Shown here: piece after piece, positions 52,531-64,000 of the stretch
Numbering within the stretch: position 1 is the first letter of the stretch
How the letters are laid out: every line of letters begins with the position of its first letter
Assembly: GCA_004022145.1 (NCBI GenBank)
Contig: RCNU01000002.1
Source of the DNA: Paecilomyces variotii
Taxonomy: Eukaryota
Strand: one strand, 5' to 3'
Length of the DNA stretch: 64,000 bases
Translations under genes and position numbers: made by a program
Notes under the pieces: model-generated
Told to the model about the DNA's origin: nothing
The model's database searches: none
What the model saw: only the letters and a program-made list of their open reading frames with translations

Positions 52531-53870
52531 TTATCGAAACAGCCTTCTGCCACCAGAGCCAACACTCCACGTGAAGGCACCCCGAACGCCCAGATTCTGC
52601 AAACTCAACCCCGACATTCCGACCCCGCCTCCTTCGCAGTCGCGCTTGTACCGCCGTAGTGCCTCACGGAGGTGCGTCGGAAGAAGCTGGCCGCGGTGTG
52701 GATTGGGAGGAAGCTTGAATTCCCGCTTTGGACGGATCTGCTCTTGACTAGGAGTAGCAGGTATTGTGCTCTGCGATAACGGCGCGCTGGCCGGATTGTA
52801 CTGGCCATTGCTGGGAACTGATGGAGGAGGTATATGGTGAGGAACCGAAGACGGTACAGTGTCTCCATTTCGCTCAGCTGGCTCTTGCTTCACGCCGTTC
52901 TGCTTCTGCTCCGTTGTTGCTGATGTCTCCGCTGACTTGGAGGGTTCGGGTGTCGACTGAGACGCGGCTTGGGCTGCAGCTGCTTTTGCTGCTTCAGCTC
53001 TTGCTGCTTCTGCCGCTCTGACCTCGGCCAGTCTAGCTTCTTCCGCGGCCTCTTCAGCCTCGAAAGCAGCCAGAGCAGCCTGATCATGGGCCTCTGCCCA
53101 CTCTGCCTGCACTGTTCGAGCCTTTTCGATGATTTCTCCAGCAAACACCTTAGTGAAACCGTTAATTGTTGTTACCACACTGGCCGGCACAGACTGCGAA
53201 AGCGCATGGTTGACGATTCGACGCAGAGTTTCTTTTCTTAGTTTCGCACGTTTAAATAGATCGTAACGAGCAGATTGGATCGGATTGAAGGCGTCAACGA
53301 GAATCCTGGAAAACAGTCAGATAAGTACGAATCCAACTTATGGGAACGCTTTTGCAACACATACGCGAGATTCTTCTTCTCGGCCTCCGTATCCGTAGGG
53401 CCTTCGTCCCCCCCCAGCAGCTCTCCCTCATCGTCAAAGTCTTCATCCTCATCTGCATCGTCGCCGCCTCCCCCTCCACCTGCTCTGACCGAGCTACCAT
53501 CTGCATCAACGGAACCTGTCCGCGTCCCATCAACCGTCCCCGCTCGCGTGCTCATGGCATCTTCCCTTTCTCTCTCCTTCTCGGCCTTGCTCTTGCGACC
53601 GCGTTTCTTCAATTTCGCTCCTGCGAAAACACCTTCACCCGTACCCACGCTCGCACCGCCCAAACTCCCTGTAAAACTGCCCGTCACACTGCCCGCATCG
53701 CTGGCCGCGCTAAACGCGCGCGGATCTGCAACAGAAGAAGCGGGAAACGATGTCTGTCGAAGCGGGTGCATGCGAGGGCGCTTGATGCCTGGCTGTGATG
53801 CCGTAGACGAGATAGAAGGCCGCTTGCGCGGGTTGGGCGGGTTTTGCTGAAGGGGCGGAGGCGATGACAT
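52531..53870 (-). CDS. TAF11: TFIID subunit TAF11
   Basis: Histone fold ILVDAFNPIQSARYDLFKRAKL..VFAGEIIEKA..LLPTHLREALRRY; one intron. Confidence 0.9.
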
Positions 53871-54732
53871 CCTGACGAGAAGCTAAAACTGGTATTGCTT
53901 TTTCTGTTCGTGATTCGAATAGCGGCGCTGTTGCGGTGAATATACAGCGTATTTCCACCACCTGCGTTTTGATGGAGAATAGAGTAACGCAAGCTCCGAG
54001 ATGGCCGAAATGTAAGGGTTTATTCTTCAAGGTCTAATACAAGTTGATGTCAATTTATTAGAAGTCATGCGAATTTGAAAGGACTGCTGCACGGGTGGCG
54101 GGGTAAGGGTGGAATAATCCAGAGGTTGAGTGAGCAGAGCGGAGAACATGTCGCGGAGATGCGCAGATGAAGTGAAGCTGATGGATGACCCGATAAGGCA
54201 AGCGTGCCAAGACCACTTTCCATTCACTGATGGTATCTATTGTTCCATGCAATAACAATAGTCCATCGCAGAATATTTATTGCGGAATATTTATTGGGAT
54301 TCTCTTCATCAGTGCTCTCCATACATGCTCATTATTACATTTTCCAGGTATTCACCTGGCCTCTGTGGACGTCTTGGTCACCAGTCTTCTTACAACTACA
54401 AAAACCACATCATACTAAGTGGCTTTATCTTCCTGATCTTCTCCAGAGGCAAAACTACCTTGCCATCACGCACATCTCACATTAAGAATTCATTAGCAAG
54501 TTACATAAAGAGTGGTGAGAAGCGAAGCCGAGATACAGATACGCAAAAGCCAAAAAAAGTCCATATACTCTTCTGGCTAATATTCCAACGCTTAGCCCTA
54601 ATAGCAAAGGAATGTGCGGTTTCAGAACAGAACATCAGACACGGGAGACGAGATACAAGAAATAGAAAACCCATGAGCTTCCTTTTCAGGTAAGACCATG
54701 GGTTATAGCCAAGGGAAACGACCCCAGATTCA

Positions 54733-56294
54733 TCAGAACCCATACTCTCCAATCCTCGGGGCACCGCCCTTCCAGTCGTTGCGCTCATAGTAGCGGAAAA
54801 CCAGATCGTAGCCATCGAGATCGTGGACGATACGGTCAACCCGGCGGTAACCGGGGATTTGCTCCATCCCGGCATTCCGGCGAGCAGCGTGACGAGAAAG
54901 CGTCTTAACGCTGTCGACGTCGCTGTCGGCTTGATCGACGCCTGGCTTCGCCTCGAAGAGAGTCACGCTGAAACGTCCAGGTTTGAAAATGTCCACAACG
55001 TGCTTGACGATGTCAGCAGTCTCCCGGCCCTTCTGCGCATGGGGCACGTTTGTCTCAAAAGACGCGTAGGAACAGTGAGGTTCCGGTGTGACGTGCACAG
55101 TGAAGTAGTGCGTCCCAGATGCACCTTCAGGGGCCGGAATAACACCGTTAGCAGAAAATCCGCAGGGAGTGAACAGATACGCATCTATGCGAGACTCGGG
55201 ATATTTGCTGGTCGGGTAGACGTCCGACAATCCACTGGTCTCCGATACGACAGTTCCCAGCGCATGTCCTTCCGTAGTGAGCTCCGGGGGCAAGGTCTTG
55301 CCGCCGTCGGAGCCCTCGTCACTCATGTCCGAAGAGTTGCTGAACACGTCGAAGTGATCTTTGCTCTCCTGCTCGATCTCCCTGTAACGGGTTTCTGCGA
55401 CCGCACTCGCATGGTCGAGATAGAACTGCTTGGCGTTCTCCTCTTCCAGGTCCGTCATCAGGATCTCAAGCGTTTCGTCATACTCTTCGCCCTTCTCCAC
55501 TTCGGTTTTGGCCGCAGCCATATCTCCAGGCAAATTGAGAACCTTGGTCTGGGTCTCATGCGTAGGACTCTCGGGAGGAGTCAGCGTAGTATATGGCTCG
55601 GTCAAGTACAAGTACCAATGCTCCCCGTTCATCTTTCCAATCATGTAAGCGCTTCCACCAAGGAAAAGCTTGTCCAAGGTATTGACCTCATCTCTCCAGC
55701 TGCGGTGAGGGCCGCGCTGGCGGTCTGGAAAGAGGAAATTCTTCCGACTGTAAAACACACGATAAGGCGCAGCAGCAACGCCAATTCCCCTCGACGTAGG
55801 GGCAGTGGACTTCGGGAATCCGGCAAAGAGAGCCGCAATCTCCAAAATACGTGGTAATCCGGATAGCAGTGTGGTCGTGCCACAAGTCTTGAGGATCAGT
55901 TTGTGAGGCCAGACAAACATGCTGGACTCGGAAAGGAGATAGGCGTCGACATCATCGGACTCCACGATAGACAGCACCTTGCAGTTTACGAGGTCAAGCA
56001 TGTCTTTCCATATTTCCGCAGGAACGGCCTTAAGGCCGGTAGGCTCAGAAGCTCCGAGGAGATTCTTAGCAGACGGAGCGAACCAGACTTCTAGAAGCTT
56101 TTCAGGTCCTAATGATCATTACGTTAGCAATATGACTCTGGCACAAAAGGGATTTCTGTCAAGGATGACAAACCTTCGAATGCATTTGTCGAGTCAAGAT
56201 CGACGGTAGCTTCATGATTTATCGTAAGAGACGGCGTCCCGGCAAACGAGGACGGGGAAGTCGTATAGTTCTTGGGGATCCCAATGTACACCAT
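54733..56294 (-). CDS. SPE2: S-adenosylmethionine decarboxylase proenzyme
   Basis: AFEG|PEKLLEVWF, YLLSESS (self-cleavage site), KTCGTT, PCGFSAN and TVHVTPE motifs. Confidence 0.96.
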
Positions 56295-56705
56295 ATCCGT
56301 CGTTCAGCAGAGATACGTCTGCTTATAAATGGGGATGCGAAAGCGAAGAGCGATTTAGGAGTGTCCGTGATACTTGAGAGAGCAAGCTTGTGGAAGCACT
56401 ATCTGCCACCCAGACGAACAATGCGGTGTCCGTCTGAGAAGAGAAGGCCCGTTATCCAAACGGAGAGGCTGGCAAATCGGCCAGCTAGGATGATCGTACG
56501 ATATAAACTCCCCGAAGGGTCGTTATGGAGGTCGAGTGGAAAGAGGAAGGAGGAAAATCTTGGGGCAGGGAATTGTGACTATCGGAAGTGACCCTCGTCC
56601 TGAAGATACCGATACCTGTTAGAGTATCGGGTCTAGCAGCCGAGAGTATCTGCTCTGCTGGTAATATGGCGTAGAGATTTGTAGACGTGAAAGTGAGAAC
56701 TCGTG

Positions 56706-57052
56706 TTATCTGGGCCTGGGTAGCAAAAATGAAGAGTCAGTCTGGGGTCCACATCCCACTAGATGGCAGAGGCACTGTCATGACAATATTCACGACGCAA
56801 CATATTAGAGACAGCACAGCCCTGTTGCCAAACAGTCACAGGGTAACAGAACCCCCACAGGAAGAAAATGACAACTGCAATGGCAAGAGCGAGTCGCCCT
56901 CTCCCGGAGGCAAAACCCGCGAACGGGAAGAGATTCAGAACCATAAGTAGCCAACAAAAGGAAATATTCACAGTCTGTAACAGCAAAAGAAAAATATAGA
57001 CAACTTACTTCGAGGGCTTGGAGAGGAAACGCAGAAGGTCCTTCGGGCTCAT
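56706..57052 (-). promoter_or_regulatory. Intron-split uORF in the SPE2 5' leader (MSPKDLLRFLSKPSKPR*)
   Basis: ATG 57052; donor GTAAGT at 57008; branch CTGAC ~56740; acceptor CAG at 56716 (alternative 56710); TAA 56708-56706. Confidence 0.65.
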
Positions 57053-57925
57053 GGAGGACAAGGTACAATTCTGCTTAAAGAGAGAAGCAGCTAAACGCCA
57101 CTGGTTAGTACATCAACAGAGAGGACAACGGCGTTGAACCCCTTCGAGGATGCACAAAAAAGACCAGAGACGTGATTATGCGCAATAGAAAATCGCCCGT
57201 CCAAAGGAAGAACAAGTAATTGTGCCTCCTTTGAACCCTGAAAAGACGGCGCGGGGTCCAGTTAGGGCAGGTTTGTTGCTCGTGTGTGTGGGTTGACCGA
57301 ATTCGTGGGGTGCTCCGAAGACGAAATAGTTAATCTCTGCAAAAAATTTCAAAGGGTCAGTGCCTAATGCGCGGGGAGCAGGCAGAAATGATGATCCGCA
57401 ATTGATCAGGACATTGAGGAGAAATCCACACAAGGACAGAGAAGAGAAATAGTAAAATTCCTTACCGAGATGAGCAGAATATGATGCGTCGGAGAAGACG
57501 TTTCCACGAGGGAGAAAGAATTGCAGAGAACCGGCTGGAGCTGGACGCTGAGGGAAACACTCGTGTGACACAAAGAAGGCGGTGAGCGAGGTCAACACCA
57601 GTCGGGCACGAATAATGAATGACTACGAATCTATGATGGAGTAACTAAATGCGCGATTCCAAGTATCCATCTATGATTTGCCAATGCATGCTACTAGGGG
57701 AGTTATATAAAGAATCCATGAATGCATCGTCCTCTTAATCGCAAGAGGGTATCGTAGGAAATGGTGCCCCAACCTTTTCAAGACTACCATAACAGAACAA
57801 TGAATAGGTAATGAAAACACAGTCGACATGCTCGTTTCCCTCCGAATAAGCCAACCAGCACCAGAACGCCTAAGGACCGTAACTACTGTGCCTGGAGATT
57901 CTTACTGCGCACGAAACACCTCCAT

Positions 57926-59374
57926 TCAGTCTCCGAGGATCGCATGTGCCAGCTGCACCTCCCCTGCGTCCGCAAGTCGCGCGGCAATGAGTCCTCCGAC
58001 TTTCTCACTGAGGCGATCCCTGAGCTCGTCCGTGACAATAGCACCGTGGCCATTTGCGAGATGGACGCGCCCATCCTCCAGTGTCGATAACACTGCCAGC
58101 AATGCCTGCAAGACCTTTTCTGCTTCTGGTTTTCGAGGGTTGTCGTCGCTGAGCCCGTCTCTCAGTAGCTGTTCGTAGAGTTTCAGATTAGGCAAGATGA
58201 GCTCGCGCACAACGTCTGGACCTCCAATGGCATGCAGTCCGATAATCGCGCCGTAGTGAGTTCCAAACGGTTTGGCCGGATCCAGAAAGTTTTTAAGGCA
58301 TGACCGTGCCAGTCTAGGCTTGAGCGTATGTGATGAATGCGAATATTTCCTGGCAATAAGTCCCAGAAGAGAGGCTGCCAGATCTCGTAAAGCGAATTGC
58401 TCCGCTAGGTCAGCATTGCCTCCAAGCTGTCTTCCGATAAGACATGTCAAGACAGGGGGGACGAGAGATGCGACCTGTGATCCGTCAGCTAGATGCAGGT
58501 AAAACATCGTACTTTGAAACTTACATAAGGGTCCACATATAAAGACTTGTTCTGAATCAGAGCTTCCGCCATGTGCATCACCTGCGTCAAGGCAAAAATG
58601 TCTTTCAAGCTATGCGTAACCTTCTCTGAGATGAACTGAACAAAGTACGGCACCAGCTGGTGCAGACCAGGATCCTCTCGCAAACTCGAATAGCCAGAGG
58701 TTCTATATTCTTCGCTGGACTCGTCCAAGAAGGCATTGCACACCTTCTCGAAGTAAAGCTGCAATTCTTTGGAGAGGATATGTTTGACAAGCGGCTTGAC
58801 GGCGACATTTGCGTTGCCGCTCATAGCAGCCAAGTTCGGGTTCGCGTTCGATCCCTTCGATACGAGCTCGAGATTGCGCGAATCGGCCGATGTAGGGTTC
58901 TGAGGGATAGATGGCTGCACGCCTTCGACTGCCAACCAGTGCGCTGAATAGGCTCTATTAGCAAACCGTCCGATCTCAAAAGAGATATATAGACACCTGC
59001 ATACCTGTAAATGAGATCTCTCTCGGTACTTTTGGCAGCGGCGCATTAATGAGCTTCTCGAAATCCACCTCCTCATCCTCCACGTAAAACAACGGCTGTC
59101 CAGGTCCCAGGGAAGCTTCCCCAAATCGCAGCGGTCGCGACGACTCGTATCCATATAGAGGCTCGACGTCTAGGACCCGTAATGCAAGCGCTATATCCTG
59201 CGTCGTGAGCAGTGTGCGTTTACTGTGTCGCATGAATTTGAGAGCCTCCTCGAGCACTTGAGCAATGCGGTATTCGACGTCGCGCGCGAGGTTCTCGATC
59301 ACATCGTTGTTCAGGTTCGCGATGCCAACGGACTCCGCAACGTCACGGATATTATCTGGATTCCAGACAGACAT
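57926..59374 (-). CDS. TAF6: TFIID/SAGA subunit TAF6
   Basis: [41 protein letters not shown] and [11 protein letters not shown]; two introns. Confidence 0.95.
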
Positions 59375-60105
59375 GATGAACAGTAGTTTCTGGGGAGGTC
59401 TGAAATAACGAACAAGGTTCGATAAGTGGCGGCGGCCACCGCGTCGGGTTAAGTACTGATGCTATTAGGTATCCGAAAGACTAGTATGAAATTGACGGAC
59501 AGCGAGTCGCATTCTGAGACAAAATCTCGAGATTCCCGGCAGCAGTCTGATAAGAAATTGCAGGCTGCTGGGAGCCACTTGAAGAACCAAAGGCACTTGA
59601 ATCAAAGTCCTGTCACTGCTACTCCGCTGTTGAAGCTATTCCGCGGCGAAAGAAAGTTGCACTTGTGGGTGACCCAACCGACCGTAGAAGATTCTGGAGG
59701 CCTGAGGCACAAAGGAATCAACAGTACTCAGTAGTAACATCCTACGCCATTTTAAACATATACATGCGAAATTAATTGTAAACGTCCCATAATATGTTGT
59801 GGTAACATATTAGTATTCGTTCATGGTCTAGTATCATCTTTATTCTCACACTCATATCTGGTCCTGGTTAGACGCAAAGCTAGGCGCCGAATAGCTAGCT
59901 ATATATTTATGTTGATACAGTGTGTATCTCCTTCCAAGCGAGTCATCCGTGATGGCGACTTGGTCATGAATGAAGACTCCAATCGGGATTGCCTTTATTC
60001 TTCACACTGGTCGGTAGTATGATAATGATTGGCGAAGCTAAGACACGAAATGCATTGGGCTGTTCTATATACAAGCCCCGTAACCATGCAAGCTGTATAT
60101 AGTTG

Positions 60106-61712
60106 TTATTGGCCACCTCGAATCGTAGTGTAGGTAGCTATCAGGCTATTCACAATCTTCTCCGCCTCTTCTTCACCCGATGGCTTCTCTGGAGGAATGG
60201 TATCTGCCATTGGAGCCGCTTCTTCAAACGGGACCTCTAAGGTGACGGTCTCAGTCATTGGGGTCGCCTTAGTATCGATGCGAAGTGTTCTTGTGAGAGG
60301 TATGGCACAAGATTCACTCTCAAGATACTCCCTTTCCAAGCGAGCATTATCCAAGTGGGCAAGAGTGCTTCCTGTCGAACGAGAAGTATAATCCGGTCTT
60401 TCTAGTAACCGTGTCCTTTTTGACACAATGCGGACTTTCCTTTCTTCGACCCGGGGCGTGTCGAGAAGAACTTCTGCTGGTCCTCGGAAATCAATATGTA
60501 GAATCTCTTCCTGAAAAGTCCCAGAAGCCTGTGTGCCGGACAAGAAGGCATCACGTTCGCTTTGTGTAAGACTGGACCATTGGCCCCAGGGATCTGAGCC
60601 ATCATCTCTTTGCCACTGCGTGAGCTGACTCTGAATTAATGATTGCTCTAAAGGGACGATGGTTGCGGTGTGGTAGATCTCGAGGCTTTTCCCAACCACT
60701 GTTGCATGCGGTTGGATTTCCCACGCTGATAACTCCTCGACCATAGAAGCTGGGTTGTTGTCGTATATATACCGAGGCGATGGCGGTGGACTCCTGGTAT
60801 TGTTAGCGATATATTATGCGGAAGGTAGCTACCTGCCTAACCTTTCATGACTGTCATCATCGTCTCCTCGACATCCTTGGTGTATCGGAGCCGTAGTTAC
60901 TCCAAAAGACGGGTGTGTATATTCAGGTGGTGGGCCTCGGGTGTCTTCCTCATTGTCTGGGTTGCCAGTGAGAAAACCAATATCAGGATCTCCTTTCCCG
61001 CCGCGACCAGCCTTCGCTTTCTCTGCAGCCACAATCGATCTGATCAGGGAGATTTGCTCATCAGGATTGATAACAATAATCTTTGAATTCTGCGTAGAAT
61101 TCAAATTACCACTGAAGACGTGTTAGTATGCCGCACGTTGCCAGCCAGATAATGCTCTAGGGCAGCAACAACTTACCTTTGCGTCACGGCTCTAGAGTAG
61201 GCCAGCATTGTAACCTGCAGAAGCATCATCAACGACTGTTTAGCCTCTCCCAAATCCCCACGGATTTCCTTTATCCGCGGCTGGAAGAACGGCCACTTGA
61301 GCCGTTCCGTCGTGGAAAGCTTGATCTTCTCCCCCTCATTGAACCCACGAGAGCTGATCTGTTTACTCGCTTTCCTCAACTCATGATCAACATCCATAAA
61401 GAGATCTTTACACCGATTCCCCAGGGCCTCCGCGGTTTTAAGCCCACTTTCACTGAAGAGGCTATTCCCGGAGTCCCTCTCGCTAGAATATTCTTGTCCC
61501 GAACCCTCGCCCTTTGCTGGGGGTACTTTCTGCTTCATCAGTTCCCCCAATTGCTGCAAGATATTGGCCGTCAGGGAAATATCTTCCGCGATGTTGCTGA
61601 TGGAGGAGGGCGCAGTCTTCACTTGGCCTGCAAATGCGATGAGTCGCAGCGATGTTTGGATCCCCACATCAGCGATGCCGACTACAGAGGACGCGGCACC
61701 GAGGGCCTCCAT
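60106..61712 (-). CDS. Protein with a fungal STAND N-terminal (HeLo-like/SesA-like) domain and no visible NTPase domain; 3 exons
   Basis: MEALGAASSVVGIADVGIQTSLRL...RLKWPF..I.EIRGDL..AKQSLMMLLQV pattern; introns near 61176 and 60832. Confidence 0.65.
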
Positions 61713-62599
61713 CGCGATGTCAACTCTTTGGAGCTAGTTCCACGATTGAAGTATCAATCTAGATCCAATAGGATTGTGAAAGTGGAAAAGTGGAATTTGG
61801 ACGAAATTCAGGTATAGAAGAAAAAAGGTGATGTGCTCTTCAGCTATGACGATGTCATTCATGCCTACACTGGCGGGGCATCGGGACGATCCTCGATCGT
61901 CAAGCCTTAAAAGTGGGCGGGCGATCTCGTTCTCGCAGCTTTGGCAGCCTTATGCCTCAATTTCTGATCTGAGCTCCCGAAACGAACACTGTGGCGGCGC
62001 TTAGACATCGGCCTACCGTCGCATCATCGAACTCTAGTTAACCGTGTTGGTAGTATGCACTCGAAAGCACGGCCCATGTGGTGAGAATAGAAACTCAGAA
62101 AGATCTACTATTGTAATTGATCAGCTGAGTTAATACATGCTTCGCGACGATGCAAAGGGATTGATATGGCAGCGTACTTAGCTTGGTGGTCTTCTCAAAA
62201 GCCAAAACCGACCGAAGAGTGAAGTCGCGTGTATATTACACTCGGTGAGGTGAATGCCCATAATTTCACAGAAAACGATATTATGTATTCTATTAAGCTC
62301 TTAAGTGGCATAATAAGTGATAAGGGGAGGTATCAAAAAGAGCAGAAAACGACAACGCTTATTCAATCCCGCTATCCTCCTGGGTATCAAACGAACCGGC
62401 GTCCTTGACACAAACGCATGTAGTTGTGCTATAAGCCGGACATGAAACCAGACCAAATCCAGCCACAAATATCACCATAATCCATAGTATAATCCTGCCT
62501 TCTGTCAGAATACATGTCAAAGCCACACGAGACATAGGAGAGCACGCCGAACTTCAATAAGAGACAAGGGTATCTTATCAGCTAGGAAAGCTGCAGCAT

Positions 62600-64000
62600 T
62601 TATTCGGCCCCAGCGGGAGCCAGCGCAGCTGCCCCGGCGGCGGACTCAGCCTTAGCTGGTTCTTCCTTTGCCTCTTCCGCCTGCTGCTCTTTAACTGGTT
62701 CAGCCTTTGCAGGTTCTTCCTTAGCCGGTTCTTCCTTAGCCGGTTCTTCCTTAGCCGGTTCTTCCTTAGCCGGTTCTTCCTTAGCCGGTTCTTCCTTAGC
62801 CGGTTCTTCCTTAGGCGGTTCAGCCTTTGTAGGTTCTTCCTTAGCGGGCTCTTCCTTAGCCGGTTCCTCTTTGGCTTCCTCCTTATTAGTTCTCTCCTCG
62901 ACGGGCTCTTCCTTGGGCTTCTCTTCCTTGACAGGCTCATTAGACGGCTCCTCCTTCGCAGCGTCCTTTGGAGGTTCTTCCTTAGCAGGCTCATCTTTAG
63001 TTGCAGCCGGTGCGGGCTGCTCGTCTGAAAGACGAGGAGTCGCGCCGCTCTCTTTCAGTTCAGGTGCCTTTCCACCGTAAGACTTTGGAATCTCATCCGC
63101 AAAGGAGAACTCGCGGGCGAGATTCGCTCCATTGGTGATTGGGTGGAACTTCCGCAGTGTGTTCTTGCTGAGGAAGACTTTCATGGCGGTGAACATCCAG
63201 CCCATGATGGCAGGAACGTTGACGAAAAACTTTTCCCGGAGAAGCTCAGGGTAGGCCATACTGAACACTTCGATTGTCTGCTTGGAGGCAGCACGAATGG
63301 TTGGATTCAAGCGCAGAAAGCTGACATTCTGGTAGTCGTGGACCTGAATCATCTGGTATGGGTCTTCTCCTGTGTAGTCAATCACAGACGTCGCCTCGCC
63401 CAGCTTCAGATCCTTGACAGCAATCTCCATGAGAGCCACACGCCACTTGATAAAGCTATTGTATCATAAGAATCAGGAAGGACCATAAGTGGCGACAGAG
63501 GTACTTACTCATCGACATCCCCGAATGTTGCGTTGATATCCTTGACGGCACCATAGATGTTCCAGGTGAAAATCACCTCTCCATTTTTGGGGTCTTTGTG
63601 AGAGGTGATATATCCCAGACCACCATACTTGCTGGCGTTAAAGCTCGTCTCGACCAGTGCGGTGGGGTTGATCTTCTTGCGCCATTCCAGGGCCTTGGTT
63701 AACTGCTGCTCAGCCAAAGCGACATTGCCTTCATTGGCACGAAGGAACTTGATCAAGATGTTGGCCGTTGGGGGATGGCTGGCGTCCTTGAGGGTAACAC
63801 CCCACATCTCACTGTGGCCGGTTTTAGAGAGAATAGAAGGGAGCTTGTCAAAGAACTGGCTCAGGGCCGGGTTCTTGGCAAGGAACTCTGGCTTCGCTGG
63901 CGCAGCTTCAGCAGGCTTTGCCTCTGCTGCATCGTTCTCCTTCGTCACTGCCGGCTCTTCCTTGGGCGCCTCTTTGGATTCCTCCTTTACGGGAGCGGCG
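62600..64000 (-). CDS. SFH5: Sec14/CRAL-TRIO phosphatidylinositol transfer protein SFH5 (5' end outside window)
   Basis: EMWGVTL, KFLRAN, TWNIYG, WRVALME, QVHDY and YPELLREKFFVNVP motifs. Confidence 0.9.
62712..62816. repeat. Coding minisatellite, 15-bp unit GGTTCTTCCTTAGCC (KEEPA), 6 perfect copies plus 1 variant
   Basis: Read directly; further degenerate units flank it (~62650-63000). Confidence 0.95.

Noticed and set aside
54823-55857. 344-aa ORF antisense to SPE2, and similar shadow ORFs opposite other genes
   Set aside because: Explained by codon bias of the sense gene; no independent protein features.
57238-57465. Nested intron (stwintron) in the SPE2 leader
   Set aside because: Excising the inner intron yields CTCG|GGTTC, which does not rebuild a credible donor.
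62712-62816. CRISPR-like array
   Set aside because: No spacers, in-frame coding repeat, eukaryotic context.
62578-62994. Arg/Lys-rich RLRKN-repeat ORF
   Set aside because: Alternative frame of the SFH5 minisatellite.

Overview
Gene-dense, intron-rich DNA from a filamentous ascomycete; the protein sequences and short GT..CTRAC..YAG introns suggest Eurotiales, which is inferred and not database-checked. Most of the window is housekeeping genes: Ulp2-like SUMO protease, SPC3, Pmp3, a mitochondrial PDK/BCKDK kinase, a P3A H+-ATPase, paraoxonase-like protein, tetraspanin, GluRS, MRPL1, COG2, CFD1, Shp1, Mim1, Oxa1, acyltransferase-3, TAF11, SAM decarboxylase, TAF6 and SFH5. Accessory content includes an HTH plus DEDDh-nuclease-like gene at the left edge, an intronless divergent Jen1-like transporter, a divergent NMP kinase, a HeLo-like N-terminal-domain protein, and a 413-bp TA-flanked MITE. 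The standout is a minus-strand tRNA gene (3543-3678) with a complete serine body. Its 55-nt intron has full spliceosomal signals (GTAAGT / CTAAC / TAG) and sits inside the anticodon. Only GT-AG excision restores a Ser(GCU) anticodon; canonical 37/38 tRNA splicing would give a Ser body with an Arg anticodon. The second highlight is a multi-intron SAM decarboxylase leader with an intron-split uORF (MSPKDLLRFLSKPSKPR) and tandem 3' splice sites. Exon boundaries were read by eye and are approximate.
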